Positions 63,212 to 64,000 of a stretch of DNA of 64,000 bases are shown piece by piece. A program made the translations under genes and the position numbers. This stretch comes from Octopus sinensis. Taxonomy: Eukaryota. How positions within the stretch are numbered: the stretch's first letter is position 1; each line of letters begins with the position of its first letter. Below the pieces are notes generated by a model. It made no database searches. It was not told the origin of the DNA and worked only from the letters and a program-made list of their open reading frames with translations. The DNA is taken from contig NC_042999.1 of assembly GCF_006345805.1 (NCBI RefSeq), positions 74,958,001 through 75,022,000 of the forward strand, read 5' to 3'.

Positions 63212-63878
63212 CTGTGTTTGTTCCCCCCAACATCGCTTGACAGTCGGTGCTGGTGTGTTTACATCCCTGTAACTTAGTGGTTCAGCAAAAAAGACCGATA
63301 GAATAAGTACTAGGCTTACAAAGAATAAGTCCTGGGGTCGATTTGCTTGACTAAAGGTGGTGCTCCAGCATGGCTGCAGTCAAATGACTGAAACAAGTAA
63401 AAGACAGAGTAGGATTTTAAATGGGCATACAAGCAGCAAAATCAGTACAGCAAAAGATTAACACTCTTATAGTGTTTATTTACATCTCTCTTCATTTCAG
63501 TTCAAATTACATCTGGTAAAAAATCATATTTCCTCTCTCTGGTGTCAAGAAAAAGAGTACCATTCTAACATTTAAATTTGTAACCTACCAATGATGTTTA
63601 CATTATTTACATTTGACGGATATTTGTTTTCATCTTGTTTGTTGTTAACACAATGTTTTGGCTGATATACCCTCCAGCTTTCATCATACGAATGTTATTG
63701 TTATTGTTTTATATTTTAGCTGGGATCGCAAATCATGTATGCACGTTTAATAATCCACTGCTCTGTCAATATGAAATTAGTTGTATGAACCCTCAGGAAT
63801 ATATATGGAGGACGGGGAAGGGAGCAACTCCATCAAGTGAAACTGGGCCTAGCACTGATTATTCAAAAAAAACCAATG
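30537..63878 (+). CDS. Multi-exon gene for a secreted or cell-surface protein: signal peptide + SRCR + at least 3 MAM domains (3' end beyond window). Exons 30537-30630, 32180-32309, 37781-37938, 38838-38990, 40929-41169, 51830-51924, 53318-53443, 57360-57707, 63720-63878
   Basis: Nine segments, each bounded by AG/GT, join in one open frame with intron phases 1,2,1,1,2,1,1,1 (1504 nt, ~501 codons). Translation shows SRCR motifs (GKWTAIC, VLCRSFG, LTCRGDENSLAAC) and MAM motifs (CxF..CG, W.R, DHT, F-Y-YHMFG, GNQG..W, DIALDDV). Confidence 0.9.
31290..31400 (+). repeat. 15-bp minisatellite (AAAATTTAAGGAGTA)n, ~6 near-perfect plus degenerate units
   Basis: Direct reading; explains the YSLNF-repeat ORF. 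Confidence 0.9.
32180..32309 (+). CDS. Exon 2: SRCR domain N-half (DGDIALDFSGLAKIYFRGKWTAICASKGFTIQSRVLCRSFGQ)
   Basis: Polypyrimidine tract plus AG at 32178-79; donor GTAAGT at 32310; matches the SRCR G-x-W-x-x-(V/I)-C and V-x-C-R-x-x-G motifs. Confidence 0.85.
32950..33430 (-). mobile_element. Old RT remnant of the RTE-type family (intron 2)
   Basis: Aligns by eye to 47560-47900 (aaaagctttc, gcatc..tggtact.ttccc). Confidence 0.65.
34203..35416 (+). mobile_element. Mariner-type DNA transposon, decayed
   Basis: Fragments WICHFEPETKGQSMHWKH, INGEYY, VLFHQDNAPAH, HSPYSPDL; imperfect TIRs at ~34203-34228 and ~35389-35416. Confidence 0.85.
35625..36040 (+). mobile_element. SINE family A copy
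   Basis: Same bipartite structure as 6668-7050. Confidence 0.85.
36122..36993 (-). mobile_element. Tc1/mariner (maT-like) transposon, internally deleted
   Basis: TIRs cagggtgctcaggcaaaa versus revcomp caaggtgatctggctaaa, each flanked by TA (36120-21 and 36994-95); KTKFPQTIMVFGCVSSEGD and YVWQQDLAPCHT. Confidence 0.85.
37270..37740 (+). mobile_element. SINE family A copy ending ~40 nt upstream of exon 3
   Basis: Same bipartite structure. Confidence 0.85.
37781..37938 (+). CDS. Exon 3: SRCR domain C-half (FSTYLLDSSNLPISVGDLTCRGDENSLAACNYNFGSTKSCSYSKLYVRCQED)
   Basis: ttttcag acceptor; phase 2 matches exon 2; GTAAGT donor at 37939; four SRCR cysteines including C-x-G-x-E-x-S-L-x-x-C. Confidence 0.88.
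38838..38990 (+). CDS. Exon 4: MAM1 N-terminus (TKAFCPFDNDICGMVNEGTAAYKWQRV...PKSDHTTESYK)
   Basis: ttccag acceptor, GTAATT donor; C-x-F...C-G, W-x-R and DHT motifs typical of MAM. Confidence 0.88.
39012..40107. mobile_element. Two 3'-end fragments of the RTE-type family in opposite orientation (39012-39350 minus; 39640-40107 plus)
   Basis: Share catgctagcatgg, ggatgcccttcctaacgcc and the (GAT)n tail with 45611-45900. Confidence 0.8.
40929..41169 (+). CDS. Exon 5: MAM1 core (KYMLASATG...SISFYYHMFGSDMGSLNVYI...GNQGIGWKYLCLPVNEGY)
   Basis: tttttcag acceptor, GTAAG donor at 41170; FYYHMFG..MG.L.V and GNQG..W are MAM hallmarks. Confidence 0.92.
43200..45610 (+). mobile_element. R4/Dong-clade family A, long copy with RT core deleted; may extend 5' to ~42850
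   Basis: PWWKRRI, EELKQHLVAK, FWSDIW, WKAPGLD, NYSPISCL, then a jump to the thumb region; intact ORF 44706-45455 (CCHC + KPDI..IDIACP RLE); (AAT)n tail 45533-45610. Confidence 0.9.
45611..48374 (-). mobile_element. Young RTE-type LINE, 5'-truncated (no APE), RT with inserted PHD finger, tandem-repeat 3' UTR, (GAT)n tail
   Basis: ORFs 46936-48374 and 46418-46935: NYRGIKLL, QFGFVPGKSTTDAIF, FVDMEKAFDRV, GVHQGSVLSPLLF, LYADDL, then CSIC..CTQC..H..C..CGRC. Confidence 0.95.
48386..48712 (+). mobile_element. Very short 5'-truncated R4/Dong-clade element, family D
   Basis: LQEVQKIVLTGTSHVLRRALSM* is homologous to the family B C-terminus; distinct 3' UTR; (AAT)n on both sides. Confidence 0.8.
48713..49246 (+). 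mobile_element. Uncharacterised AAT-tailed element (copy 2)
   Basis: Collinear with 15550-16116. Confidence 0.75.
49260..51045 (-). mobile_element. Cluster of about five SINE family C copies interleaved with (AAT)n arrays
   Basis: Copies at ~49260-49460, 49735-49930, 50050-50185, 50570-50815 and 50910-51045, all minus strand. Confidence 0.8.
51830..51924 (+). CDS. Exon 6: MAM1 C-terminus (NHEIIFEAIQGNGFDSDIALDDVTLSENSCS)
   Basis: Not in the correct frame in the ORF track; found by searching for the DIALDD motif. Phase 2 in and phase 1 out fit both neighbours; GTAAG donor at 51925. Confidence 0.88.
53318..53443 (+). CDS. Exon 7: MAM2 N-terminus (HWNASCDFESGTCGYDIENMNDIRRGWRLSPNNTNGISSRS)
   Basis: ttaacag acceptor, GTAATT donor; the CDFE..TCGY..W motif. 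Confidence 0.85.
54950..55800 (+). mobile_element. Highly decayed LINE RT remnant (CR1/jockey-like)
   Basis: HQY..., ..FDINKTFECLVW resembles the D..KAFD.VW RT motif. Confidence 0.35.
56430..56900 (-). mobile_element. Possible decayed Penelope RT remnant
   Basis: ICLLHNTF..LWQHCTDDV..MG..TPS..PNCLY resembles the PLE L..N.F..Y.Q..G.AMG..SP..ANLY motif. Confidence 0.35.
57360..57707 (+). CDS. Exon 8: MAM2 remainder (NYLLFTSRY...KLEFLYYMPG...GDHGTEWQYGCMDLP...GLDDLVIDKGNCR)
   Basis: ttttacag acceptor, GTAAGT donor at 57708; LEFLYYM, G..G.EW and LDDL..C motifs. Confidence 0.9.
59980..60500 (-). mobile_element. Penelope-type GIY-YIG C-terminal remnant
   Basis: YNIKWKILE..Y..SGHCMLC..RIL..LLN..EI..H..LL.N matches the PLE C-terminal CxxC motif. 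Confidence 0.6.
61355..61775 (-). mobile_element. RTE-type 3'-end fragment with a 66-bp tandem module
   Basis: (CAT)n then ggttggacgg..cagctggatg; units start at ~61537, 61603, 61669 and 61736. Confidence 0.8.
62420..62750 (+). mobile_element. RTE-type 3'-end fragment
   Basis: gggcatccagctgtagaaac..catgctagcatggaaaatggacgttaaacgatgatg. Confidence 0.85.
62760..63400 (+). mobile_element. SINE family A with a near-intact SINE family C (62930-63165, minus) nested in its internal microsatellite
   Basis: A head 62760-62912, (TA)n, C copy, (TA)(TG)n, A tail 63210-63400. Confidence 0.85.
63720..63878 (+). CDS. Exon 9: MAM3 N-terminus (GIANHVCTFNNPLLCQYEISCMNPQEYIWRTGKGATPSSETGPSTDYSKKTN)
   Basis: ttttag acceptor, GTAAGT donor at 63879; CTF...C, W...G.TPS..TGP..D motif typical of MAM. 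Confidence 0.88.
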
Positions 63879-63914
63879 GTAAGTTTAATTTATTTTGTTT
63901 TACTTTGCACACTT

Positions 63915-63962
<48 letters not shown>

Positions 63963-64000
63963 TATGCATGTAGCATGTATGTATATGGATACGGGAACTG

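Overview
Eukaryotic, AT-rich genomic DNA dense in microsatellites and transposons. The SINE and LINE complement points to an Octopus-type coleoid cephalopod (inference; no database was searched). One host gene is reconstructable: a + strand gene of at least 9 coding exons (30537 to beyond 63878) with all GT-AG phases compatible. It encodes a signal peptide, one group-A SRCR domain and at least three tandem MAM domains with a displaced third cysteine, and it runs off the window end. The rest is mobile DNA. (1) A structurally complete but decayed 5.25-kb Ty3/Gypsy element of CsRn1/Kabuki type (18509-23756, minus strand) with 412-bp LTRs, CTGT TSD, tRNA-Trp PBS, CHCC gag and a -1 frameshift signal. 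(2) Several families of R4/Dong-type non-LTR elements sitting in (AAT)n arrays. (3) A young RTE-type LINE with a PHD finger inserted in its RT. (4) A Penelope-like element with a degenerate hammerhead-like motif. (5) Two Tc1/mariner remnants, a CR1-type 3' end, three tRNA-like or Nin-like SINE families, and an uncharacterised ~550-bp AAT-tailed non-coding element. Most ORFs in the supplied track are microsatellite artefacts or antisense shadows of TE ORFs. All coordinates and alignments were read by eye.
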